From contig NC_042999.1 in the NCBI RefSeq assembly GCF_006345805.1, forward strand, positions 22,196,001 through 22,260,000: a stretch of 64,000 bases of DNA, given 5' to 3'. The DNA comes from Octopus sinensis (taxonomy: Eukaryota). Each line of letters starts with the position of its first letter. The stretch's first letter is position 1. A program made the translations under genes and the position numbers. Below the pieces are notes generated by a model. It did not search any database. It worked only from the letters and a program-made list of their open reading frames with translations, and was not told the DNA's origin. Below are positions 23,741 to 35,410 of the stretch, one piece after another.

Positions 23741-24007
23741 TATTGTATAAAAGATCGTGGGTAAGGCCAAAACAATGCAAAGTAAATGCAAGGTACGTCA
23801 CAAGAAAACAAATATATGAATTAATGTTAACTCATCTTGTATTCAATATTTCGGGGTTATCACCCCATTTCTTGAAAATGGTGTCATAACCCTAAAATAT
23901 TGAATACAAGGGAAGTCTACATTAATTCATATATTTATTTTCTTGTGATTTACCTTGCATTTACTTTGCATTGTTTTGGCCTTACCCACGATATTTTATA
24001 CAATATA
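23739..24007. repeat. Long fold-back inverted repeat (~132-bp arms, minimal spacer)
   Basis: tatattgtataaaagatcgtgggtaaggccaaaacaatgcaaagtaaatgcaaggt... mirrored by ...accttgcatttactttgcattgttttggccttacccacgatattttatacaatata. Confidence 0.85.
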
Positions 24008-24208
24008 AAGAAACAATCAATATCAGAGACTTAATTCATTAAGCAAAGTTTAATAAATTTCATCAAATAATAAAAGGAAGCAGATTGGGTGTTAAGAAAT
24101 TCGTAAATAACGTTTGAGGAAGAGACTTTAGAGATCTATGGAAAAAATTCTTATTAAAGGACGAAAATAAATTCATCCGGATAAATATAATATAATATAA
24201 AAAGGGTA

Positions 24209-24550
24209 GAGACCCCCTTCGGTCATGAATGACCATGGGATTGCACCTAGAAAGTTACCCTCCTAGACACAAGTCCGGGCAAGGTTGTTTTATGGAAGAC
24301 CAGCAGTCGCCCATGCATACCAGCCTCCCCTCTCCACGCCACCAGTGTTATCCAAGGGAAAGACAAAGGTCGATACAGCTTGGCACCAGTGACGTCGCAA
24401 CTCATTTCTACAGCTGAGTGAACTGGAGCAACGTGAAATAAAGTGCCTTGCTCAAGAAGACAACACGCAGCCCGGTCAGGGATTCGAGCTCACAATCTGA
24501 CGATCGTAAGCTCGACGCTCTAACCACTGAGCCATACGCCATGCGCTTTC
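24209..24550 (-). mobile_element. SINE family E (tRNA head, CORE-like middle)
   Basis: Reverse complement ggcgtatggctcagtggttagagcgtcgagcttacgatcg...cttgagcaaggcactttatttcacgttgctccagttcactcagctgtagaaatgag; possible low-complexity TSD aatataatataat. Confidence 0.85.
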
Positions 24551-24573
24551 AATATAATATAATGTATATATAG

Positions 24574-24607
<34 letters not shown>

Positions 24608-25114
24608 TATATAGGATATATATATATATATATATATGATATATATATATATATATTATATATATACTATATATATACACCTTCTATTACCATCACATAT
24701 GTATCAGTTATTTTCGCATCCTAACCGATGTACCTATCTATTTTCGCATTCTGAAAAGATTTACTAAAACTTGTAAATCGAATCGATCGTAAATGTTACC
24801 TTCATCTTTGCTTCCTTCTTTGTTTTCTAATTAAATTAAAGGCATACCAGCGAAAACGACGAGTCTCCCCTTGTTATCACATCCATTTTCTTCTATATAA
24901 CCTAAACTACGGGCTACCAACCGAACCACCTGCTACCGTACAACCTTACAAAAGACTGTACCTACCCAGGAGCGAATTTGGATTTAATTATCCCTTAGAG
25001 GTATTAAACTCCTCTAACTGATACTTACAATATATATATATATCACACACGCACACGCACACACAGAATTTATACAAATCAACCGGCGAGGAGTGGTATA
25101 ATATTTATCAACGT

Positions 25115-25703
25115 AAGGCGGTGGGTGAGCTGGCAGCAACGTTAGCACGACGGGCGAAATGCTTAGTGGTATTTCGTCTGCCGTTACGTTGTGAGTTGAA
25201 ATTCCGCCGAGGTCGACTTTACCTTTCATCCTTTCGAGGTCGATAAATTAAGTACCAGTTACGCACTGGGGTCGATGTAATCGACTTAATACCTATGTCT
25301 GTCCTTGTTTGTCCCCTCTATGTTTAGCCCCTTGTGGGTAATAAAGAAATAGGTATTTCATCTTTATGTTCTGAGCTCAAATTCCGCTGAGGTCGACTTT
25401 GCCTTTCATCATTTCGGGGTCGATAAATTGAGTACCAGTTACGCACTGCGGTCGATATAATGGATATGGATTTAATCCGTGTGTCTGTCCTTGTTTGTCT
25501 CTTCTGTGTTTAGCCTCTAGTGGGTAGTAAAGAAATAGGGATTTCATCTGTTTTTACCTTCTGAACTCAAATTACGCCTTTCATCCTTTCAGGGTCGATA
25601 AATTAAGTACCAGTTTCGTACTGAGGTTGATCTAATCGACTCGCCCCCTTCCCCAAAATTCCGGGTGTTGTGCTTAGAGTAAAAATATTAATAATAATAA
25701 TAA
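25115..25703 (+). mobile_element. SINE-B trimer with (AAT)n tail and 14-bp TSD
   Basis: Three units; TAATATTTATCAAC at 25099-25112 and 25704-25717. Confidence 0.9.
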
Positions 25704-26285
25704 TAATATTTATCAACATTGAAACAATGAAATTAAATTTGGCGTCGGCGGGATTTGAACTGAGAAAGCATGGATTCCACTCTCGTTTCACGAGGCATTC
25801 TATACAACGTTCTTACGATTCTGTTAATTCAAAACCTTAACAATAATATAAGCAGTATTTACAAAACAGCACGTTTTATATAAATTGATGATGTGTGCAT
25901 TTTTGTTTATAAATGAAAATTTACAATGATGAATCAGTTTTAAATGGTTAAAATTCAATACAATATAGAATTTCTCCGAATAAATAATTCAACGGTTTTA
26001 ATTTCATACTTTACCCCGCCGCTTCATTTATCAACGTCCTCCCTAAGTTTTCTTCTTTACTCTCGGCCATTAAACATTCGCGTTCGTGATAAGTGTTCTC
26101 AGAAGCTCTCAAAGGCTTTGAAGAATTTATAAGATTAATAAAACACATTCGTAATCTTTTTTCTGTAAATAAATATTAAATTTCATTCTATGTATAGATT
26201 TCTTTACATAGATTGTGATTTCCCTTGTTAATACAAACAACATATCATGATTATTGTCAACATCATCATCATCATTAATATTAAT

Positions 26286-26770
26286 GAGTAAGAGACGTGC
26301 ACACGCTATGAAAGTGATACACCAGCCACATGCTCTATGGTGACCCCTTATCAAGGTAAATGATAAACAGCACATTGTCTTGCAGATTGGGCCCAGTTAG
26401 GATTTTCTTCAGTTTGAGTAGCTCATCCCATTTGAAATATTTCTGAATTAAGGTCATTTAAGGATGATGAACGAAACACCCATGTTTCCAGAGGTGAATT
26501 ATCCAAGCCTTAATGAATTCCTCTCAGCACCTGGCTATGATGTTCCCCCAATACGCCTGCTCCTGAGCAGAAATGCACATGTTGTTAGCCATTAAGAGAC
26601 GTACACGGATGGTTATGGTCAAGCAATTGACAAGCAAATGTGTGTTATTGAGTAGAGTATTTGCTGTACTCCATGATTTACACCATGACAAAACATAGCA
26701 AAACATTTAAGACCAGAAGCCACGAGAACCACTGCCTCGTATATTGCGTCAGGGTATTGCATCAAGGCAG
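26286..26770 (-). mobile_element. Unclassified ~550-bp interspersed element J (older copy); orientation tentative
   Basis: Homologous to 26791-27348; flanked by (ATC/ATT)n. Confidence 0.7.
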
Positions 26771-26790
26771 TTATAATTATTATTATTATT

Positions 26791-27348
26791 GAGTGAAAGA
26801 GCAGTGCATGCCATCAAAGTGACACTGGGGTAGAAATTTACAAAGCCCAGTATAACCATCATAACCACCCATCTGATAAGGGTACACCAGGCACATGTGT
26901 CACAACCATATGTGCGCGACATGATGATCTCGTACCAAGATAAACAGCACATTACCTTGCAGGTGGGGTACAGTTAGAATTTTCTTCTGGTCGAGTAACC
27001 CGTCCCGCTCAAAAGATCCCTGAATAAGAGTTGTTTAAGAATGTTGAACGAACTACCCATATTTCCAAAGGTGAATTATCCAAACCTCCAAGAATTCCTT
27101 TCAAAACACACAGCTATGATGCTCCCCTACTACTTCTGCTCGTGATCAGAGATGCACATATCGTCAGCCACTAAGGGACATAATCAACTGGTTAAGGTCA
27201 AACAACTGACAAGCAAATCTGTGGTATTGAGCAGAATATTAACTATAGCCCATCTTTTATACCAAGACAAAACAACGTACATGATGACACTTGCAATCAG
27301 TTAAGATCAGAAGCCACGAGAGCCATTGCCTGCTACTGCATCAGGGCA
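26791..27348 (-). mobile_element. Unclassified interspersed element J (younger copy); orientation tentative
   Basis: gagtgaaagagcagtgcatgccatcaaagtgacactgggg...ctgcatcagggca between (ATT)n tracts. Confidence 0.7.
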
Positions 27349-27450
27349 TATTATTATTATTATTAGTATATTATCATCATCATCATCATCATCATTATTA
27401 TTATTATAATAATAATAATAATTATTATTATTATTATTACTATTACTATT

Positions 27451-28161
27451 TACTTTCAATCTGCATTTTACAATCACTTGCCGAGACACACCCAATTTCC
27501 TAGGGCGAGTGAAGAATAAGAGATGTTACAGTATGATTGAAAGCTTTGGGAGGCTAAGTGGAGGTGCAACAGCGAATTATCTTCATTTAATACAACACAG
27601 ACATTTAACTGGATAGGGTTTTTCTAAGGACGTGGGCAGTACTTGTCAGCACAATCTTTTGGATTTCTCTGAGACATGGTTCTCCTGGGATCTTATCTAG
27701 ATGTCTCTGACATTTCTTTTTTATCATATCTATGGCACCTATAATAATGGGAGCAGTCCTCGCTTTAAGATGTTATATCTTTTGTATTTCAATTTCCAGG
27801 TCCTTATATTTACTGAATTTGTCAAATTCCTTTACAGATATATTTTCATCAATGCGAACACTTACATGTATTAGTCTACAAGTATTTTCTTCCATGTCTT
27901 TAATAATTATATCTGATCGATATAATTATTAACTGAAAAATCCCAGAAGATTGTGACATTTTTACCTTCAACCACTGGCTCAAGATGATATTCATACCAG
28001 TAAGCAGGAGTATTGATTTTGTAGTGCTTACATATTTTCCAATGTAAATACTGTCCTGCCCTATCGTGGCGATTTTTGTATTCGTTTGATGTCAGCACAG
28101 GACCTCCCGAGACGAGATGGTCAATCGTTTCGGCAAATGAATCGCAGAATCTGCATATCGG
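27451..28161 (-). mobile_element. R4/Dong-like non-LTR retrotransposon, 5'-truncated (CCHC knuckle and RLE region plus 3' UTR)
   Basis: CRFCDSFAETIDHLVSG...YKNRHD...LHWKICKHY...TIFWDF...KEFDKFSKYKDLEIEI...TAHVLRKTLS*, ending in (TAA)n. Confidence 0.85.
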
Positions 28162-28361
28162 GAGGAGGAGGAGGAAGAAGAAGAAGAAGAAGAAGAAGAA
28201 GAAGAAGAAGAAGAAGAAGAAGAAGAAGAAGAAGAAGAAGAAGAAGGAGAAGAAGATACAAATATCTGTGAGGATAATTAGACAGACTGACAGGCGGGCA
28301 AACAGACGGACGGACGGACGGACGGACGGACGGACGGACAGATAGATAGATAGATAGATAA
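28162..28361. repeat. Compound (GGA)(GAA)n and (GACA/GACG/GATA)n microsatellites
   Basis: Direct reading. Confidence 0.95.
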
Positions 28362-29384
28362 GTTTCTTTATTGGCCACACAGGGCTGCACACAGATGGAC
28401 AAGTTACAAGTAGAGCTTTCTTTTGGGGGATGAAGAGAACAAAAAACAAGAAAAAAAAAAAAAGGGGTTGGCGTAGGTTTTCGATCAAGAGGGATCGTAA
28501 AAGGGAAGAAAAGAACAAAAAAGATTTGAATAAAAAAAGGAATAAAAAGAAAAAAAGAAAAGGAAAAGGAACAAAGGAAAGAGAATGAAAAAAGAAGAAA
28601 AAAGGGGAAAAAAAGGGGGAAGAGGAAAAAAAACGATCATTAGGGATCGTGTATCACAGTGTTATGATATATGGTGTAAGGGGAAAGCAAGTAAGGTTTA
28701 TCCGTGGGAAGAAAAGCCTACGAAAAAGACCACGGAACCTTGGTCAATATTGTTATATGTACCACATTTGTTTGCAAGTGGGTAACCCCTGTTTTCAATT
28801 TCTGGGTTCATAGGATTATGCTCAAGGTGGCTTCGTCATTCATACGTGCCATCCTTGCTACATTCACCCATCTTTTTTTAAAACATTCGCTAGACAAAAC
28901 TTTCCTCTCTACTCTCACTTTCCTTTTCAAGTGGTACTTGAAGAAGTTGATGAGAGATTGACCAGAGAGGAAAGTGTTTGTCTCCAATCCTTTCAGAACG
29001 CGTCCACCAGATACATTCTTTCGCCATAGCCACAAGGATGATTGAAAATAGCTCTTCCTTCCCGTTTGAAGGAAGGAGCGTGACAATATTGACGATAGAC
29101 TCAGCTGATAAACCGACTCGTCCCACACATGACAGCAGTTGTTCGACATAAGCCCACAGGTCGGAAATTGTTGGACACTGCACGAGTGCGTGCAGAACGG
29201 TTTCGTCGCTCTGACCGCATCTCGGGCAGGTCGGCCCCGTGTTTCTCGAGCCGTGTCTGTAGAGCTTATCCCGAACGGGTAGCGCTTCTCGGTAGCACTG
29301 CCAGGCCAGGGATCTCTGGAAATTGTCCATGGGCCCTGGCCCGAAAGTCGTCCTGAACAGGCGGGTCAGGTACTCCTCGTCGAC
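28362..29384 (-). mobile_element. Tx1/L1-clade LINE, 5'-truncated ORF2 C-terminus plus 3' UTR
   Basis: WQCYREALPVRDKLYRHG...TCPRCGQSDETVLHALVQC (zf-RVT-like), AKECIWWTR; 3' end gccctgtgtggccAATAAAgaaac. Confidence 0.85.
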
Positions 29385-29480
<96 letters not shown>

Positions 29481-29532
29481 GCAGGCAGACAGACAGACAG
29501 AGACAGACAGACAGAAGAACAGACAGATAGAT

Positions 29533-29568
<36 letters not shown>

Positions 29569-29570
29569 TG
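29385..29570. repeat. (GATA)n/(GACA)n microsatellite
   Basis: Direct reading. Confidence 0.95.
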
Positions 29571-30409
29571 CATACTTACAATGCGCATAGTATATCACCA
29601 TCTAAGCGGTGAAACGTGAGTAGACAATGTGCACATATATACACATTTCGCAAACTGTATACATGCGCATCCATATAGACACTCACGTACCCCGCGTGTG
29701 CATACACACATTGATGGGCCATGTCCCATCAACACAGTTATGATACGAATGTAGATTTTATGTAGATTTTATGATATGAAACTTCCTTCTGATCGATGCA
29801 TACTGACATACAGAAGAAGAAGAATAATAGTATTTCTTGCACGGCAGAAAAATGACGGGGGATAATCTTTTTCGCCCTTCAGCCAAGAGTTTAGACAACC
29901 GATTCACAACGGCTTAAATAGGATGAACGCATTATAAGAGAAGTGTGAAGCTAGAGTGACATGACAGAAGTAAAATAATGCAACGTAAGCAGGATGAGTA
30001 GAATAGAGGAGAGAGAGAGAGAGAGAGGGAGGAGGGAGAGAGAGAGATGTGAGAAATAATGAGTGGAAAATGGGAAAAAAAAATGAATTTCTGAAGGAGA
30101 AAAGAGTATGAGGTAAGAGATATGAAGGTTATTAAATTTGCATGTGGAAGTATAACTCCAGCAGATAAAGAATAGAAGAGCATAAATAATATAAATATAA
30201 ATGTTTTAAGGAGAGTGAGAAAAACAAGAGGTTGATAAGAAGAAAGATACAAAGAACTAGGAGAGAATCTGATCGTGGGCGGTAGGCTAAAATGAAATAG
30301 AGATTGTGAGAAATGTTGACTGTGTGTATATGTTTTTGTGTTTGGGTGCGTACGTGAATGTGTGTCAGGTTCTAAATTAAAGAGACAGTGAACAGCAAAG
30401 AGAGTGTGA

Positions 30410-30835
30410 CCGTGTGTGTGAGTGAGTGAGTGAGTGACTGAATACAGGAATGAGTGAGTAAGTGAGTGAGAAAGTGAGTGAGTGACTGAATACAGGAATG
30501 AATGAGTGAGTGAATGACTGAATACATGAATGAGTGAGTGAGTGAGTGAGTGACTGAATACAGGAATGAGTGAGTAAGTGAGTGAGAAAGTGAGTGAGTG
30601 AGTAAGTGAGTGAGTGAGTGACTGAATACATGAGTGAGTGAGTGAGTGAGCGAGCGAGCAAGTGACTGACTGACTGACTGACTGACTGAATACATGAATG
30701 AGTGAGTGAGTGAGTGAGTGAGTGAGTGAGTGAATGAATGAGTGAGTGAGTGAGTGAGTGAATGAGTGAGTGACTGAGTGAATGACTGAATACATGAATG
30801 AGTGAGTGAGTGAGTGAGTGAGTATGAGTGCATGA
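30410..30835. repeat. (TGAG)n microsatellite with recurring actgaataca(g/t)gaa interruption
   Basis: The interruption motif recurs about 7 times. Confidence 0.9.
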
Positions 30836-31514
30836 ATGAATATGCATCTGTATGAGCGCGTGAGTGGCACGAAATATTTAGTGCGTGAGTGAATGAATCG
30901 GAGAGATTATTCCAAGTTGGAATTAGAAACGAATAAAGAAACAAACAAAACAGAAAGTAAAAATAGGAGTTAAGAAAATTATGAATTATAGGTTTCCTCG
31001 TTGATTCCTAATTGCAATGGCTTCGTTTGATACTGGATCAAACTTCTATTTTCCAACTTTCCGAAAAGGTTAATATATATATATATTATTCCACTAGTAG
31101 GACTTTTCTTAGAAATAAGAAACTTCAAGTAACGTGGGGCCTCTCCGAAGAAGATACTATTGAAGAACTGTAGCGCAAGAAACGATATAGCTTATATGAC
31201 TGAACTGGAAAACTACTTAATATGTTTGCGGCAATAAACAGTGACAATATAGTTCGACATTTATCTGAATTTCCATATGTGTTGTGATATTCATGTAACC
31301 AAATAAAAGCAAGTATATCAGAGAATAGTGAGACAAACTTGTATTTTGACTTTATGAAAAGGAAATATATTTTGTAATAACAATTGGTCAGGGACATCCG
31401 GTACACCTTGAACAAAATATTGCATATATCTACGGATTTATTATTAGACTGAAGAAGAAATAAGACTATCTGACTATCTACAGTATGTATCCGATTTGAT
31501 AATGAAGACGAAAC

Positions 31515-31593
<79 letters not shown>

Positions 31594-31664
31594 TGTTCGT
31601 ACTGTCCTGTTCTTGTTACCACTTTACCCCTCCGCAAAATATCCCAAATTTTTATTTAATTTGC

Positions 31665-32070
31665 TTTGCGAAAGCGACCGGATCTGAGGATCTGATTCTT
31701 CACGACCACAATGCACTCTGTTACCGAGTACCCCTCACTCGCGAGTTTCTCGCCAAAAACAACACAGTATCGCTCTGGCACCCGCCCAATTCGCCATATT
31801 CAGTACCTGCCGACTCCCATCTCTTCCACCAAGAAAATGCAGCTCAAAAGTCACTGTTTTAACACTGTTGTTATTTTCCAGAGCGAATCGCAGTAGGTCC
31901 TCGACTCACTTACGGAAAACGACTTCCAAAAGTGGCAGGAAAGCTGTGACCGGTGTAGTGCTGCGCAATGTTACTATTTCGAAGGAAATGATGTTAAAAC
32001 TTAGGTAAATAAGTTGGGTTTTTTTATAAAACATAACTAGTCCAGGAACTTCTTGATACCACTGCGTATA
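31665..32070 (+). pseudogene. Decayed mariner transposase C-terminal half and right end
   Basis: LILHDHNA...REFLAKNN..SLWHPPNSPYSVPADSHLF...FQKWQE..DRC....YFEG. Confidence 0.8.
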
Positions 32071-32331
32071 TTAAATATTTACCTTTGTAAAAGTATAAGA
32101 AATATGTACTTTACAAAAATCACTGAATAATTCTTTAGTTTTATGTTAAAGTATTTTTTATTATAACTCGACATACAAGCAAACAATATTTGTATATATA
32201 TATATAAATTTATATGTGTGTGTGTGTGTATGTATATATATGTTTAAATATATGTGTGTGTGTGAATGTATATGTGTGTATGTATACTCACACACACATG
32301 TATAAGTATTTATATATGTATGTATATATAT

Positions 32332-32361
<30 letters not shown>

Positions 32362-32362
<1 letters not shown>

Positions 32363-32539
32363 TTTACGAAAACAACAAAAGACGAAGACAGGTGGTGTAC
32401 AAAACAAACAGATGTATTAGTATAACGCTCAGGAATAGAAAAAGTCTTTTACGTTTCGAGCCTACGCTCTTTTACAGAAAGGGACACAGAGAAAACAAGG
32501 AGAGAAAAAAATGTGTGTAGTGACTAACGATCTATCATG

Positions 32540-32540
<1 letters not shown>
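32362..32540 (-). mobile_element. Penelope-like terminal repeat family G, second copy
   Basis: Homologous to 23425-23610. Confidence 0.65.
32446..32481 (-). ncRNA. Hammerhead fold of family G, mutated core (probably inactive)
   Basis: CTTT-CTGTAAA-A-GAGC-gtag-GCTC-GAAA-CG-T-A-AAAG. Confidence 0.4.
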
Positions 32541-32611
<71 letters not shown>

Positions 32612-32857
32612 TAGAAGCAAGTATTCTCTGTATAGAATACACTCCATAGTGCTCAAGAGATTTCAACTTGAGTAGGTGGAGGAGTAACTGTAAGGACAAG
32701 CAAGTTGACCAAGTCGATATACAAAAAATATTAATCTAATAGAAAAGTCGAACATTTATATAAAAATATATAATTATATATAATCTATATATATACATTT
32801 GTACATTTTTTCTATTAAATGTATTATGGATAGATAGATACACATTATATATGTATA

Positions 32858-32916
<59 letters not shown>

Positions 32917-33329
32917 TTAGCAATAAGTCTATAGATAGCAAAGTGTGAAAAAATTTTATTCTAATAATAGTAAATAGTCGAAGCTGATAAAAAGATTAAT
33001 ATCAGCATCGTATTAAACTGTCTAGCAGACGGAATAAAATTTGCGTAAATTAAAACCCGAGGAAACCAGAATTATGGTACATCGGCCACATACGAAACGT
33101 ACAAAATCTTCAACATTAACTTAAAATGTTAAGCTAAATATTATTTGTCTGTGACAACCGTCAGCCTTAGTTAGTTGTAGTCCTATGAATTTATCATTGA
33201 GCTTTCATGAAATTACGCACATAACATACTTGGCGTAATAATTGTCTGACAGGCGGTTTCGTTTCAATGGTGTTCCGGTCAATGTGTTATAGAAAACGGT
33301 CAGTGTATTTGCTGTTGGTAAAGTAACGA

Positions 33330-33337
33330 ACTTTTAC

Positions 33338-33379
<42 letters not shown>

Positions 33380-33536
33380 TACATACATTATATATATATA
33401 TATATATATATACATACATATATATAATTATATATATTACATACATATATATATATATATATAGATATATATACATACATATATAATATATATATATATA
33501 CATACATATTATATATATATATATATATATACATAC

Positions 33537-33582
<46 letters not shown>

Positions 33583-33585
33583 TAT

Positions 33586-33665
<80 letters not shown>

Positions 33666-33679
33666 TATATATATATATA

Positions 33680-33713
<34 letters not shown>

Positions 33714-33730
33714 TGTGTGTGTGTGTGTAC
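33330..33730. repeat. Degenerate (TA)n/(TG)n tract
   Basis: Direct reading. Confidence 0.95.
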
Positions 33731-34081
33731 CTGTGTATGTTATACGTCTTCTTTGAGTTGTTTGTCTATGAAATTACACTAAGGTGTATGAAATGTGTAG
33801 CTACTATGGTAAAAGTAGTCTTATTGGAATTGTGTAGTTCAGTTCTTTCTGAGATGGTTTATTAACTTCATGATAATTGCATACGCCTGAATAACCAGTT
33901 CATCTCTGTAATCAGTATGTATAATACATTTATATAAGTATAGGTATATATAAGTAGGCATGTATTTAAATATGTATATATGCGTAAGTACGAATACTGT
34001 TCGCTAACCTATTGACTTGGTCATTTCATGTTCGCATGCGGATGTACACGTCTGTTAACTAATGAGGTAAAATCTTTGCAT

Positions 34082-34116
<35 letters not shown>

Positions 34117-34387
34117 CATATATACATGTAAGTGTAAATATGTATGTGTGTGTGTATACATATATGATATATGTAATTACAGAATGTATATATCTTCATC
34201 ACATATGCATATATATATATATATATATATTATATAAACTTAGATAAATTAGATATGTTTCGACCAATGATTGGTCCAGGCCATGTCTAACTTAATAGCA
34301 CCACTGAATAGCACACACTCGTGTATATATGAGAATGTGTATGTGTGTGTATATATATATCTATATTATATATATATATATATATAT

Positions 34388-34439
<52 letters not shown>

Positions 34440-34455
34440 GTGCATATGCGTATAT

Positions 34456-34722
34456 GTGGAGGCGCAATGGCCCATCGGTTAGGGCAGCGGACACGCGGTC
34501 GGAGGATCGCGGTTTCGATTCCCAGAGCGAAAACACCTAAAAAATCTCCACGAGGTTCCGGTAGGAGATGGTGGCGACCCCTGTTGTACTCTTTCGCCCC
34601 AACTTTCTCTCACTCTCTCTTCCTGCTTCTTGAGTAAAGCTGCGATGGACTGGCATCTCGTCCATAGAAACTGGGCAACCGGGCCCATGAGCCTGGCTAG
34701 GCTTGAAAAGGGCGAAAAAGAA
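34456..34722 (+). mobile_element. SINE family C (tRNA head, tail type i) with 12-bp TSD
   Basis: gtggaggcgcaatggccc...ggtttcgattccc...gcctggctaggcttgaaaagggc; ATATGCGTATAT at 34444-34455 and 34723-34734. Confidence 0.9.
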
Positions 34723-35010
34723 ATATGCGTATATACTTTGTTTCCTCCAGTTCTTTGCTGTTCACATCACATTGGGGTCCACTCTGCTTTATATCCCCGC
34801 GCCTTACATGCTCGACAAGATAAAATAGCTTGAAAGTCATAACATGCCAGCGGAAAATAGCATCACTGATTGACAGGTGACGGTCGTTTAGATAATGCGT
34901 GGGCTAAGACTACGCACCTTCATTGGGCAGTTAAAGTTGAGACAGTGGTACGTGACAACTTGCTGGGGCTGTCTGCTGGAGTCTGGCAGCAGGTATTTAA
35001 AGAGAAAAAA

Positions 35011-35124
35011 CAGTCAGTCGCCCGCTGACATTTGTTGATGCTACATCGAAGAGGCCAGGGAACAGAAGAAAGAAGAAGAAAGAAGACATGCACCCAGCAC
35101 CAGAGCTGAAGACACCTCCGAAAG
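35011..35124 (+). mobile_element. 5' fragment of a putative LINE (same family as 41210-41448)
   Basis: cagtcagtc...tacatcgaagaggccagggaacagaagaaagaagacatgcaccc..ccagagctgaagacacctccgaaag is shared with the reverse complement of 41342-41448. Confidence 0.55.
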
Positions 35125-35410
35125 TATACGTCGATGTCTGCAATGTTAATTTCATTGTTAGTTTGTGTTTTGTCTTAGAAATGAATGAACCCTGCGATTT
35201 GGAGTGACTTCTGCAATGAGTGTCACTGGTCAATCTCAGCGGCAACGCCATCGCAGTCATAACCTCGGGACGCGGCAGAACACGACATTTATTCTGGAGT
35301 GTACGGCTCGTAGCTCCGTTTCCTTCCATCATTATCCCCCATCTGCTTTTTTCTTTTTGTGTGTGTCCTTGTTTCCTTGCAATTAAATCGTGATAAATAA
35401 AAATTCAGAT

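Noticed and set aside
27290-27348. Possible HDV-like ribozyme at the end of element J
   Set aside because: I could not build P1/P3 pairings by hand
34249-34290. Hammerhead-like fold on the minus strand (TTAGA..GACCAAT/ATTGGTC-GAAA-CA-TA-TCTAA)
   Set aside because: Helices I and II and GAAA are present, but the core reads CATGGCC rather than CUGANGA; at best a dead relic
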